The notes: a model not told the origin generated them from the letters alone. Positions 36,390 to 49,949 are shown, counted from the first letter of the whole stretch. The stretch is 63,968 nt of DNA, filler included, from Hausera hauseri (GCA_046269625.1; 11 parts of 11 records of this genome joined end to end with filler, not necessarily neighbours in it); one strand, 5' to 3'. Numbers and translations: made by a program.

Positions 36390-37138
36390 TTATTACGAAC
36401 GTTTAGGACGTCAAAAATGTAATGTCAAATGTGTCGTTGACCCGAAAAGAAATTTAATGGGTTCCAAAATTCATCAAACATATACACGGAAATAATGTGC
36501 ACAATATTGTGAAACAATGATATGTACATGGATCCGAACAAAATAACGCAAATAGTTTCACCCGATGATGTTTTGTAAGTGTCAGAATCCAGTTCGATAG
36601 AAGCCAACAGTTGTTTACGTTCTCTACCAACGAGTACGGATTTGGTTAATTCCGCTAAAATGTTGATTCAGTGAAATGCTCCATAGTGTTGTGGTTTATA
36701 TTTGGCAACAATAGATCGTCCAACAATGTTTTAATAGAATTCGCGTTGCAAAAAACCCATATTGCGAGCCAGTAATTCATCAAAGGCAAAATATGTAACA
36801 CTGCCATGTAGTATAATCGAAATATGACATGTGCGTTTATTTTACATGTCTGTCTGGCGTATTTAGCCATTTTCTTGACGTATTCACAATTCCAGTTCCG
36901 TTTCCATTACTAAATCGTGTGGTATAATATATGAGCGGAAGACTGATTCTGCCTTAGTACACTTTACTATAATATCGGATTTCGCATTGGATGAAAGGTC
37001 CAATTTTTCACAATTTATAACATGTCCACCTAGCCGTAGGCGTTTTGAGTGTACATTGACTGATTGAAAACCCCATGCCTGAGCATCAGCTATAGATTTA
37101 AACTTCAATTCCATGGGATTTCGATGCATTAGTTTCAT
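36390..37138 (-). pseudogene. Second, divergent penton-like gene (partial)
   Basis: LARNMGF..ELTKSVLVGRERKQLLASI..SMYISL..DEFWNPLNF [frameshift] GSTTHLTLHF, collinear with the gene 1 C-terminus. Confidence 0.65.
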
Positions 37139-37282
37139 ACGGTAGTTTGAAAAATAAGCATAAACCGAAAAATTTTCTCGCGNNNNNNNNNNNNNNNNNN
37201 NNNNNNNNNNNNNNNNNNNNNNNNNNTTAATTAATTAANNNNNNNNNNNNNNNNNNNNNNNNNNNNNNNNNNNNNNNNNNNN

Positions 37283-40060
37283 AGTATAACATAGCGAGAA
37301 TAGTAGTCAACCAGGGACAGAATGTATTTGTATCCTGAGTCTGAAGCTGGGAAGGGTCCCGGAGATATCCATTGAACACACTTCCATTGGTTTCCGTGCT
37401 TCTGGTAAGCTTCCTAAAAATGGTTTTGCATGAGATCCTCTATCTTTTCTAGTTGCACATATTTTACACGAACGTACCCATCCTTCAATATGCTTATTCA
37501 CTTGAGACCAATAATATTTTGCAGTTATTCGCTTCAAAGTTTTATTTAAGGACGGATGTCCAGCTAAATGCGAATCATGTTCTTGTAGCATGACAGCTTT
37601 AATGTCTGGAGTGGGTACAAGGATCAGTTTTCTCTGTCCAACTCTTAGTCGTAAAACACCGTTTTCAATTTCGAGGTTTTCTCGGTTCTTTTCATAAAAT
37701 TTTTGAATATGACTTGATACTGGATTGTGTAATTGACCGTTGATTAATCGTTTAATCTGAACAATAAAGGAGTCCTGATTCTGTATGGTCTCTAAGTTTC
37801 GTACTTGAATTTGACGTTGCTCTTGTAACATATCATTGATAATTTTCACATTCAGCTGTTTGTCATTTTCACTATCTACTGGTTTATAAACTGTGGCTGC
37901 AATCTTATCATATGGCATTCTCGAAAGTGAGTCGGCGTCCATGTTTTCTTTGCCGGGACGATATCGATATTCAAGATCATAATTCAAAAGTTTCAACTTC
38001 CATCTTTGGAGTCGATTTGATACATGCCTATTATCGGAACGTAAAGACAAAAGTGTCTTATTATCAGTGAATATTATGATTTTATGGCCATAAACGTAAT
38101 ACTCGTAATGTCGTAATCCATCACGAATAGCTAATAGCTCTAATTCAGTGGTTGAGTACTTTCGCTCGGCATTATTTAAGCTTCGTTTTCCGTAGGCGAT
38201 TACATGTTCAGTTGTTTCGTCTGGATTTTGTTGAGCCAATATATAAATAATTGCTTTTATGCTGGCGTTGGTTTTCAGGATAATTGGCAATGAAAAATCT
38301 GGGTATCTCAATATTGGAGCTGATACCATTCGTTTCTTGATCTCGTCAAAGGCATTCTGATTTTCTTCTATCCATTCCCATTTTTAATCCTTTCTTAACA
38401 GTTTATATTGAGGCTGACTAATTTCTGCAAAGTCAGTTATAAATGTAGCATAAAATCCTCCTAATCCTAACCAAGCCTTCATTTCATGGACATTGGTTGG
38501 TGGGGGATATTCTAAGATTTCGGATATTAAATCGGGACTAGTCGAAATTCCTTGGTTGGATACAACAAATCCAAGATATCTAACTTCTTTCTTGCACCAT
38601 TCGCATTTCTTCGGGTTTAATTTTAATTTAGCAAGTCTAATTCGATCGAATACTTCTTTTAATTCAGCTAAATGTGCGGTCCATGTTTTGGATGAAATGA
38701 GAATGTCATCAATGTATGATAATCCTCGTACTCCTTTTAGTACTAGGCGAATAAATTGTTGAAAGAAGGTAGGTGCTGTTTTCAGGCCAAATGGCATACG
38801 GGTAAATTGATAAACTCCGGTATGCGTTTTAAATGCAGTTACCCATCTGTCTTCTTCTGCTACGGGGATTTGCCAAAATCTACTTTATAAATCCAAGGTA
38901 GTAAAATATTTACAGTCTTTTAGTTCATCAATAATATCCCGAATTGGTGGAATTGGATAAGCATGATTTATTAGATGCTTGTTCAAAGTAACATAATTTA
39001 CACACAAACGATGTTTAGTCGTATTCGCTTTCTTGGCCATAACTACGGGAGAAGGCCACGGCGATTGACTTGGCTCTATAATTCCGTTATCTATCATCGC
39101 TTGAATTTGCTCTTCAACTTCCTTTTGGAGTGCTTTTGGAGGAGGGTACCATTTTGGTACAGGTTGTCGCAATAAATCTTTTTTTTTCCTGTTAAAGGGT
39201 CAATCATAAATGATAATTTGAATTTGACTAAATCAGTTTGTCCGATATCTGTTTCATTCTTTGCAAAAATGTCAAGATCCTCAAAAATGAGATCTGAGAA
39301 ATGTTGTTGATATTCTTCTGACAGGTTTTTCTTAGCTTTTGCGAGAACAACGTTTAATATATCTTCGGCATTTTCTTGTTCTGTGGTAGAAACGTTTGCA
39401 ACTTTGTTATCGTAATTTTCACGACGAGTCGTTTCAAGAGCCTGTCCAATTTTTGTTTTTGTGAATAACGTGACATATTTTGGTGTTGGATTTAAAACTT
39501 CCACTGGAATAGTTCCTCCAATTACATTGATGCAATAGTGTGGTAATATAAGTACATTTCGAAGAGTTTTAGGTACAAATTCAATGACACAGTTGTCTGA
39601 AAAATCTGTTCTAGCATGTATAACCATTCGAGAGTTGGGTGGTATTTTCTCAATATGTCCCACCCATATGTCTGCTTTGTCGTAATTAGGTGGTTTATCT
39701 TCATTATTTGGACAGATCAATCCTGATTGTAAGTTTATATGTACACCTTCCAATTTTCGTAACACATTCATACCCAAAATACATCTTGGGTCTAGAGTAA
39801 TCATCACATCAAAAGTTATCTTGATTTTCTGTCCACAAATCCATGGTTCACTTTTTCAATATCCATATGGTTTACTGCATTGTTGGAAAGCAGAAGTAGT
39901 ACCGGGTGAGTCTTTCGTAGCCAATTTTATTTGGAATTGTAATTCTTCTGGAATTGCATGTTTTGCTATTAACGCAACGTTGGCTCCAGTGTCCACCATA
40001 GCATTTAAATCTAAAGAATCAAAATGAACTGTTGTATGAGGTCTATTGTCTCGTAATAGT
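37283..40060 (-). mobile_element. Ty3/gypsy pol (PR, dUTPase-like linker, RT, RH, IN N-terminal part)
   Basis: AMVDTGANVALI; RLCVNYVTLN; MPFGLK..YIDD; KYSTTELELLAI; HDSHLAGHPS..C..C; SMDISG. Confidence 0.95.
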
Positions 40061-40749
40061 TCGAGGAATGTAAACACATCATTGTGATCATCAATATATG
40101 GTTCCATCAGAGTATAACTAGACGAACAATGTCTGTTGGTACTGTTAGATAAAATGGCGGTCAAACTTTCTTGTGATTGGATGTCGATTTCTGGTGTTTT
40201 GTTTTTATCTTTAAGTCCAGTTAAGTCTGGATGGCAACTAACATGCTTTGATGTTGTATATTGCTTATTGTTAAGCTCATAAGTAGCTAAATGGGATTTT
40301 CTGTCTGATTGAGTTTTTATTGGTCTAGTTACTTGATGATAAGGTATTGAGGGTAAAGTACCCATTTTGGGTGAAACCGGTAACGTTACTCGATTGTTTT
40401 CCATATTCCTTGTAATGATGGATTGCCGGATCTCATCTTGAGAGTATGTTGGCAAGGTTCGTAATTTTATGTATTCTTCTCTTTTCGCGTAAGGATCCGT
40501 TAAATCTGTTAAGTTTGGTAGTTTACAAATAGGCATTGTTTTATTATCATATGGTGTAGCAGGTAATTTATGTTTATCCTTTTTCTTTGGCTTCATAAAC
40601 TTGAATTTTCTTCTCGTATCCTTGGGAACTCTTGTCGTAGGATAATACTTAGGAGCATTACTGTCATCTGAACTTGATGAAGTGTCCTTAGGAAGTTGTT
40701 TCTCTAATTTATAGTCAACATGCTTTTCTAATTTGCCTCGCCATTGTTT

Positions 40750-42601
40750 CTTATGATAGGCCTTTATAAATTTGCCAAATGAGGAAAATAGAGCTCCTAT
40801 TATGCTCACTGACAGTCCCGTTAAATTATAAATCTCATAGGCACTTAATACAGAATTGATGCAGACTTTCAAGGTTTGTATAGTGAAGTATTTGGCCAGA
40901 AAACCTGAAGTTACTTGGCCAAATTTCGAGAATCCTCCCTACATTTTATACCACAAGTTTGAAACGATTTTAGAATAGGCGTCAGGTGTCCATAACCGAT
41001 CCCATTTTCCTTTTCCGGCTGTGTCATCTATTACTCGGTGTATTCCGCGATTTACTATTTGTTCTCTCTGTCTGGGATATGCTAAAAATTTTACAAATGA
41101 ATCAATTTCCTTTTTACTATATAGTGCTGATTTGGATACGTCGGTAAACATGTTGGTTTCAATAGCATGTTTTAAATTTGTTATCTTTAATTTCTTTGTT
41201 TTTTCTTTGACTCTGTAACGATCTGGTAGTCTAACCCAAAGGTCTTGATTATCATACTTGATAAACGGCTTGTTTAATGCTGAACAATTCTGAATTTCCG
41301 TAGGTATTGTATGAGGTGCCAGGAGCACTCTAGTAATAGGCTGAACGTATTGTATTTCCTCGTTATATTTAACGGGCATTTCCGAATAACATGAAGTGCC
41401 GGTAATCGACGGCAATTTTAATCGTTTACATTTGTAGGTATATAACACTTTTCCTAGGACTCTGCCTTGGATTTCTTCACCGAAAAAAGGGTTATCGTAA
41501 TCATCCCTGGATTGGATGCATAAATGGCCAAACGATTTCTTAGTGTTTCGAAATTGACTTTACAAAAATTTTGGATTGTTTCGGAATATATTTCTTCAAT
41601 TGTTTTGTGGGTTAGATAGAATAGAAAGGCATCTCGATTTGCGATATAATCGGCAATATTCACTAACTGAGCTCTAGTAGTGGGAGAATTACCGGCTCCT
41701 TTGATTTCGCTTTCTGACATAAAGTAATTGTCGTAATTCGTAATGAATACTTGTTGTCCACATTTTGTAATGGAATTCTGTTGTATAAATTTAACTCCTC
41801 TTTTGATATCCTTGGATATTAAAATCTTATGCGATTTTACTTCTAGAATAACTTGAATATTGGAATGCTCGAAATTAGTCTCATAGTGGCGGGCATACCG
41901 TTTTTCTGTAGTGACATTGAATTTTCCTTTTCTGATTTATACTAATGTACAATCGTAACTTGTGGGAGGTGTCCACTCTATCGCGGATGTGCTAGTATGA
42001 CAATGTCCTGTTTGTAACTTACAAAAAGATGCGTCTGCCATTGTATTTGTGCTGGTTTCGAAGACGTAGGTATTATCCTTAATTTCAACCTCGTACTGGT
42101 CATGCATTCGATACCTGCTTCGATGCCTTTTCCGGTGTCAGAATTTCCTCCTCTACAATTTCCTTTTTCATTCTTATAACCTGCAATCCATTTTTTTTAT
42201 TGAGTTACTTGTCCTTTTATGGCGGTTAATGGGATTTCTCCCCATTTAAGTTGCTGGGTTTCTCCCGCATCTCTACAATATGTTGGATTTACCGTCACAT
42301 ATTTAGATATAATGGTAGATTTAATGTAAGAGTCGTGGTGTAGATGACCGCAATGAGAAATAGTTCGGGACACGCGTAGAGAACATTCCAGTCCTTTTAT
42401 GTGCAACATAGTTTGATCATAGTAAATGTATAAGTTCTGCGTTTGGGTTTCCAATTTTCTCGGAAGAGCGTGCGGGTATGACTGAAGATCCATCAATGAT
42501 TAGTAACTTCCTTCATATATTTGATTGCAATTATAAGCTAATATTGTTCCGATCCTTTTAAAATTGGAAAATAACACCAATAAAAGTAACATAAGTTGCA
42601 T
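40750..42601 (-). pseudogene. Chuvirus/Monjiviricetes-like (class III) envelope glycoprotein, in frame upstream of the protease
   Basis: Signal MQLMLLLLVLFS..AYNC; CSLRVSRTISHCGHLHH; GNCRGG; C..C..W..P..C; NIADYI..IY..C..L.NRL..NP; CYSEMPV..VQPITRVL..C..P..W; ALYS..ID..LAYP; LW..GFSKFG..SGFL..INSVLSAY..G.S..IIGALFSS. These follow the conserved order of chuvirus-type G. Confidence 0.82.
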
Positions 42602-43063
42602 AAATATTCCATTGGACTTTACACCGTCACGTTTCTGAATTTCTTCCTGTATTTGACTGGTCATTTTCTCCGTAACAATGGGAACAATCTCTTCATGAGA
42701 TGCATTTAGAGTAATTTCTTGAATAGCTTTTTCTATATTTGTCGGTTCTGTTTCCAGTAAATTTTCGTTTTCATTGCGTAGAAATAAGTCACTCCATTTT
42801 CCATATTTCGGAATTATTGATTTGCTATCATGAATTATTTTACCAGTTGTNNNNNNNNNNNNNNNNNNNNNNNNNNNNNNNNNNNNNNNNNNNNTTAATT
42901 AATTAANNNNNNNNNNNNNNNNNNNNNNNNNNNNNNNNNNNNNNNNNNNNGACACTGAACAAAATACGTTATTGAAATATACAACAAAGCAATATACAAC
43001 GGATAATTGTCAATGATTGTCACATTAACTGAACTAAACTGAACTGATTGTTTATACGTGCGT

Positions 43064-46000
43064 TTATTTCAGCTGCCAATTTCCGTACGCCCAACTCCTA
43101 TTTCTCCCTACCCACTTTCGCTTATCATCGTTACATGACAAAGCGACTTTCGCACTAGATATTGTCCACAAATGGTGCTCAATTGATCGGATGATCTTTG
43201 GAGACACAACAACCACTGATTATCCTCCTTCGGCTGCTGCTGCTGTTTCTTCTTCTTCATATATACGGCGAAAATCACCATGGCTAATTTCCGTCTGCTT
43301 CAGTTGGACTCCTTTTGCCTGCATTTCGGTCCACAGTCCGTCAGAAGACTGTAGCTGTTTGGGCGTAGGAATATCCATTTCCGATACTGAACCCTGCCTT
43401 CACTTTCATCCTTAAAACAGCCGATTTTGTTGGTGATTGCGCTGCTGTACAACGGATGACCCGGTGGGTAGTTGGACGTGTCCAGTAATCCATCTGACGC
43501 ATTTGCTGCAGTAGCTGTTCGCGATTGACATTTTTCAGCCGCAGGAAAAACTGTTTGTGTCACCGGCAATTATACTAATATCACAGCCGTCAAACATTTG
43601 TCGGTAGCGTGCCAAGTCGCGATACTGTGGCTTATACATCTGTAACTTGCTCAAGTCCAATACCACTTGTCCGATGTAACTTGGTCGGTCCAGTACGACG
43701 ATTCCTCTGTTTAACAGCACCGCAACCAATCCATCGACAATGTGCATTGACCGCTGAAACTTCACCTTACTCGTATACGTGACCAACCGCTTTTCGCTAT
43801 TGCATAGGCGTACATTGAGCCACTTTTTCAGATTCTCCACTGTTTTTCTGTACAGAGAATTGTTTTTCAGCTTGTAGTAGTCCTTTTCGAACTTTTTTCA
43901 AGCTGCGCCTCGTTTCTCCGAATATCCGTCTATGTACGCCTTGAATATGGGAGCCTGAGCAAATCGGATTGCACAATGCAGCTGTGTGACGCGTGCACCG
44001 TGCTTTATGTAGAGCTGCAGCAGATGGCAATGGATCACATAATTCAGCTTCGATTCATGCGTCATGAGCAGTTTCTTTACTTTTGAGACTGGTGGACATT
44101 GGTTAAATGTTGAGACCGGTAAAGCATCCAAAACCTTATGCAGCTCATCTGGTACCAAGAGATCGACCTCCATCAGGTATTCGACTGAGTCTACCATGTC
44201 TGCTTGTGGCAGATTTACCATCATGTCGTCCGGTCTTGTCTGTCGACAAACCATTCGAATGAACCGTACGGCAAGGGTTGCGAAAGCGCCCAGCCGAACA
44301 GGTTATAAATATAAATATACATCGTGATGTGGTATTGGTAGCACGGACCTGATGCTTGTTGAGAAATGTCATGCCGCCGCGAATACCAACATCAAGCAGC
44401 AGGTACATTTCCGGGTCTTGCAGCAGCTCAATGTCTCGATCCAGTGACATTAGAGCTGATGCCCAACTCATTTTCGGTATGGAATAGAAGTTGAGTGGCT
44501 CCAGCCTATCTTCAGCCAACGCCTTAGCTCGAAAAGTTTGGAGCATATCGGCTAACAGGTACGCATCCAATTTCAGATAGTGAAGCATGTACTCCAACAT
44601 GTTTCTGCAGCCGACTCTGCCCAAAATGATTGCGGTCTGTGATATTCTTCTTCTGTGTTACGGGGCCATTAGGTTGGTAATTAGTCTGTCGTCTGGAGCC
44701 GCTCGTACAATATCGAAAGTCATACGGAAATATGCCTTTGCTACGTGCAATATGTGTGGAGAACTGAGTCAATGTTAGCGTCACATCTGGCAAGGCATTT
44801 ACTAGTTTTGCCAGAGATTCATTGAGAAACTGCAATGAATCAAGGAAGCGTACCTGGAACCGGTTAATACGAACAGACAGTGACAGGTATTTCTCCATCG
44901 TAGTAGGAATTATGGACAGTTTCCAGGGTGGAAATCCGTTTATGGCCCATTTTAAAATATGGTGACAGTCATAACCCCGGAAGTTATGAAAAATCACCGG
45001 CACAAATGGCCGCACACGCCTTGCCAAATTGCACGAATTGCACGCTACTTCGAGATATCGACCGGTAAAATGGTCGTAACCCGGTATGAGCCGTTCCTGT
45101 GCATTAAACGGTAATATTTTCTGGCACAGGTTACATTCACCTTTGATTGCAAACGTCAGGCGTTCATCTTCATCTATCCACATTAATGGTTTACTAATAT
45201 TTCTACTGTACCAGAGTGCAATTTCCGTTTCTACTATTGTTTCCAACTGCTGCAGGAAATCACATACACTGTTTCAATTATAGAAAACGTAATACTGCGG
45301 TTGTCCGGCAGCTTTTATTGGTACTAGCAATATACCGACGGCAATTGGAACGTGCTTTTGATCGTATACATTGTGTTGTGGTAGAATTGCTTCGATATCG
45401 GCATACACCACATATTCGGGACTGTCCGTTTTGGACCAGTAACTGAATCTCAACTCCTTTTTGACTGGCATAACATACATTGTGGTTCCTGACGAAATTT
45501 GCCTACACAACGCCACATGCTTTGCCCATGTCTCATTTGACCGAAATCCATGCAAACACACGGGACACCATTTGCACCGCACACACTTTTTGGTGAACTG
45601 GTCATGCTCCATGTTCAACAATCTGTCCAAATTGGTCACGGCCGTGTAATGAAACTTTTCTTCATTCTCCAACAGCAACAAATTTACTGGGCGTCCAATT
45701 GGATTTTGACTGCGGTAAATTATGTCCACTTGAAGATTCATGTAAATTCCCTCATCCACCGGTATCTCTACGATTGTGTTGAACCAAAACACGTTGATTT
45801 CCATTGTCGGATTACGACGTCCAAAGGCCGGAATGGTTTTGAGTTTCATCGGCATCCAACACTCGTCGTAGTCCAATTCTGAGAAATCCTTACTGTACTG
45901 CTTTAAACAGTTTGCACGATGTCTGGGCACTTTATCATATTCCAATATGACCAGAATGCTGTAAATAAAGCAGTATTCGTCCTTAGTATTTTGTACATTC

Positions 46001-46919
46001 ACTACCGCCAGATATTGCTTCAAGGATGCAGGTGAGGTGTGAATGAATGTACAGACAGGTAAATCATGTCACTCGTCTTGGTCACAATAAAACCGAGAGT
46101 GACAATCTTTACAATTCGCCAACCACCGCCCTTTCCGGTGTAGTTGGCCATATTTTCGTCAAGCTTTTCGCCTACATCAGCAATAAAATCCTTAGAGTAT
46201 GGTACGGCTTGAAGTGACAGGTACCATTGTTTCCTGTCACCATGCAGATTTTCAAATTCTGCAAGTGCATACATTGCACTTTGCAGTGGTGTTGTTGGAA
46301 TTTGGCCACCTCTGATTCCAATTGGTTACGCCCATTAGCGGGTACATCCTTCAAATGCGTTGCTGTTTTTGCAGACATGTCCACCTTCACGTCCATGTAC
46401 GATCTGATCAGGTCGTGCTAGACAGTAATGGTCGGTTCACGTTCCTGCTGCTGCTGCTGACTTCTGTAGTTTTGAAAGTATTCGTCAAGGCTTGCTGATG
46501 CTTGATGTTTCCTGCTGCTTCTTGCTGCGTCCATTAATATTTCCTTTTTGGACCTTTGAAACTGGTTCAAATGGTCCCTGTGGTTGTTGTAGAATTGTTC
46601 ATAGTTGACTTGCGTCTCAACTATAGAACAATCGGGACATACATAAGCCAGTTTACCGTGCACTGTTGTGGTGCCATAGTACTGCTTCATTGGACTATGG
46701 CAACTATTAGCGTCATGTACCTTACAAGTACAGTAAAGTGGGTATATGTAGCAATGCACATGCATCATTATGCTTGTGCATCTCATAAAAGTCGGCGTAC
46801 GGACATGTGTTTTGAATAAAATACACGGGGCACAGGTACGTGTCCTTGGCCACTGAATAATATTTGGCCATTTCCTTGTGGCATTGTCCACCCTCATGTA
46901 TGCGGGAGACGCAATACAT
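43064..46919 (-). pseudogene. Near full-length divergent pPolB with HNH insert (second family)
   Basis: GGGWRI, VVNVQNTKDEYCF, VVYADIEAI, DHFTGRYLEVACNSCN, FHNFRGYDCH, KGIFPY, GIRGG, PSYIGQVVLDLSK..MY, AGDTNS, IGCFKDE, KAKGV, DDKR..AYG. Confidence 0.92.
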
Positions 46920-47059
46920 GGGATATTGTGAACATTTCTAAATGATAAACAAATTAAAGTAAATGTTAAACTAAAAACAAATAAAAATGTATTAATTATA
47001 AATAAATAAATTTAGCTACAATACACCGTAACTTAGCCTTAGACGTCGTCTAAATCGGC

Positions 47060-47066
47060 TATAAAA
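47060..47066 (+). promoter_or_regulatory. TATA box for the divergent small ORF
   Basis: TATAAAA about 35-40 bp before the ATG at 47101. Confidence 0.5.
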
Positions 47067-47100
47067 GTGCATCGACATTACTACTACTACTCTAAATCCA

Positions 47101-47370
47101 ATGGAAGAGTATAATGAAAGTGAAATTCAGAGATTGACCGATGACATTTTGACCGGACATGTGTTTGATGTACAGTTTTTATGTAAGCTCACAAAAACGA
47201 GAATAATGATCAGGCGAGAATATACTGAATTACTAGTCAGATCTCTCTTCGTAAAACGTATCGAGGATGAAATGAGACAAAAACGACAACGACGCATTAA
47301 TTTCCTTATTGGACTTTTATTTACTGCTTCGTTTTGTATTGTAATGAAAAAGCTGATTGACCGTATTTAA
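47101..47370 (+). CDS. Small intact protein with a C-terminal TM segment, divergent from pPolB
   Basis: 89 aa; basic RQKRQRR then hydrophobic INFLIGLLFTASFCIVM; upstream TATA box. Confidence 0.5.
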   Translation: MEEYNESEIQRLTDDILTGHVFDVQFLCKLTKTRIMIRREYTELLVRSLFVKRIEDEMRQKRQRRINFLIGLLFTASFCIVMKKLIDRI

Positions 47371-47538
47371 TCACAAATAAGTATTATTTTGCTGTTTGTT
47401 TTCATGAATCAATATCATTTATTTCACGTGTCTTTGTTNNNNNNNNNNNNNNNNNNNNNNNNNNNNNNNNNNNNNNNNNNNNTTAATTAATTAANNNNNN
47501 NNNNNNNNNNNNNNNNNNNNNNNNNNNNNNNNNNNNNN

Positions 47539-48440
47539 TCGCCATCGCCCGTACGGTCGTCTATTTGTTATTACCACCATAATTTTGGAAATAACGCACA
47601 CAAATGTTGCATTGGATGCAAATTCTTTACACCTAAATTTCAATCGGGCAACAACATCTGCATCTACCATTTCAAATTCAACACCAAGGCTATAAAATGT
47701 TTACCAGGATGCAATTTCAACTCACACGAGAATCGGCGATCTTCAACTAACAAACAAAATCAAACACAGCAAAAAAACTAATAACGCCGCTAGAGTCATT
47801 GGCTACCTCTAGCAAAGGCTCCACTTTACAAAATAACAGCCGAAACACAACATATGCAGTTTTTACGTTGGAGGCAACTGTCGTTACTCCAATAAAACAG
47901 CATCAACTTCCTCATAGACACAGGAGCAGCTGTCTCTCGGCTTCCTCCTGAATATGAGGTACAAAACAAAACAAACTTACACAAAAAATTATTCACTGCA
48001 TCAGGAGCAGCACTAAATACCTTCGGCACTACCAACATCACTTTCCTCTTCTTCGTTTTCTCATCTTCTATCTCCATTCTTACATAACACAACCCAAAAT
48101 TTAACATCCGTTTTACCCCAAAATTTTCCTCAATCAAATAAGACACGCACACCACACAAAAAACAGTGAGGTTCTAGGACACTTCATTTTAAAATCACCA
48201 GGGTATACAACAATCTCAACATATACTTCCATACTTACCTTTTCTAGTTTTGCGCATTTACTTTTTATTTTTTTTATCCTTTATAGTTTACACTTTGCTA
48301 CAGGGGGTAGTGTGGTGCCCACCGTTTGCATGCCCCGCGGCTGGATGGTTGGACGATGTCGGGCGCCTGTTGTCGCTTTAATAACGTTTCAGGCCTCGGA
48401 CCGTACCGATCTTTTATGCAGGGTCCTGTTGCCGCACAGT
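47539..48440 (+). mobile_element. Internally deleted CsRn1-like copy (gag end/PR start joined to 3' tail, PPT and LTR start)
   Basis: 47539-48044 is nearly identical to 51927-52434. It then jumps to a KKTVRF* tail, a purine tract CAGGGGGTAG and TGTGGTGCCCAC at 48311. Confidence 0.7.
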
Positions 48441-49949
48441 CCCAAATATGAACAAACGACACAAAATTCGGAGACGTGTTTCTTATCGATAGTAAAAATC
48501 AAGCATTATCAATCGAAATCATTAAGAATTGTTATTTCATATTTTGCTATATCGACAAAACTTCACGATGACTCATTCAGGTAAACTTATTCAACAAATT
48601 ATCAATTATTATCCAATGATGACAACATTCATAAATTTGTTTTAATGCCAGATCGTTCGCATCAAATCGAGCCACCTCTCATGAAGAAACTTTATCTTAT
48701 TCTCAAATATCTTATCAATCAAAGTCTGTTTGAACTATCGTTTATTCCATCAAAATCTTATCATCAGACGATCAATATCGATGGTTCTAAGTGACAAATC
48801 AAACAGGAGTATTTATGTCCCAGTTGTACATTAACTTAATCTAAACCAGTAAAACATTGATATTTGTCATTTTACAGATTGGCAATTTTGTTGTATCGTG
48901 CCAAATTGCGTTAACATACATTTTATCTTTTAATTTTTTTTATATCTTTACGTCAATTTGTTGTCACAACTTTGCCGGATTTAGTTTTCCATATAATGTG
49001 TATATCATTTGCTTAAATATTATTATATTACACACCATGTTATGTAAAGATTTTTAACAAATCAATATTCCAGCCATTTTGTTTGTACTATTTTATATCT
49101 TCAGTTGGATTTTGGATTTGAATGTATTTATGCGTAGCAAAACTAGTGAAAAATTCGAAAAGGCTCAGTTGCAAAATTAAATACACAAAGTCAGATATTG
49201 AGATGTTGGTTATTGTGTCATTTGCAAAGTTCCCTTTTGAACTCAACGGTGATCGATTTAAAAATAACTTCTCAGATGATTTTCACTACGATTATGCTTA
49301 TATGAAGTGTGAGTTTAGATATTATGACCAAGTAAAGCTCTGTTTTTTGTAAAAGCTAATAATCCAGTTCAGATATTTATTTTTAATTTAAGTGTTTATG
49401 TTATCCGTAATTTTTCTCCAAACAATGTATTGGGTGTGTAAAATACAGATTTTCATTGTCAAATAGACTATTTTTAGTTGTTATTTATTGTGTCAAATGT
49501 ATTGATGTGTTTTCACTAACTTTTAATTCCTTGAAAGATAGATACTATAAAAGTAATAATTGGTGTCAGAGCTCTATTGTCCAAGTTAATTGACGAACTT
49601 TTTATGAGTCCAGATTTTCCGATGAAATTATGACCGATACTATTCGTATGTCAGAAAATAAAATTGTCAAACAGAAAACATCCTTAAAGAAAGAAGCCAA
49701 TTATAAAGAAATTTTTTCAACCAACAGTGAATTAAAGAACAGAATAAATCAGACCTATCAAGTTCCGAACATCCAAGATAATTGTTTACCAGCCCCTCTT
49801 TGTTTAATGGTAATGCTGCACCTTCGTTGAGTTCGCATGTTTATGCCGATAATATCAACCTTATTACGCAGCTACAAGACCATATTCAGTTTACGCAGCG
49901 TCTATTTTGGCAGTCCTGCCGGTTCTGATATTTTGCCGGACAACATGAA

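Noticed and set aside
47080-47091. (AGT)4 on the minus strand as a Polinton terminus
   Set aside because: It lies between a TATA box and an ATG, only about 170 bp from the first ORF, with no matching inverted end or TSD visible.
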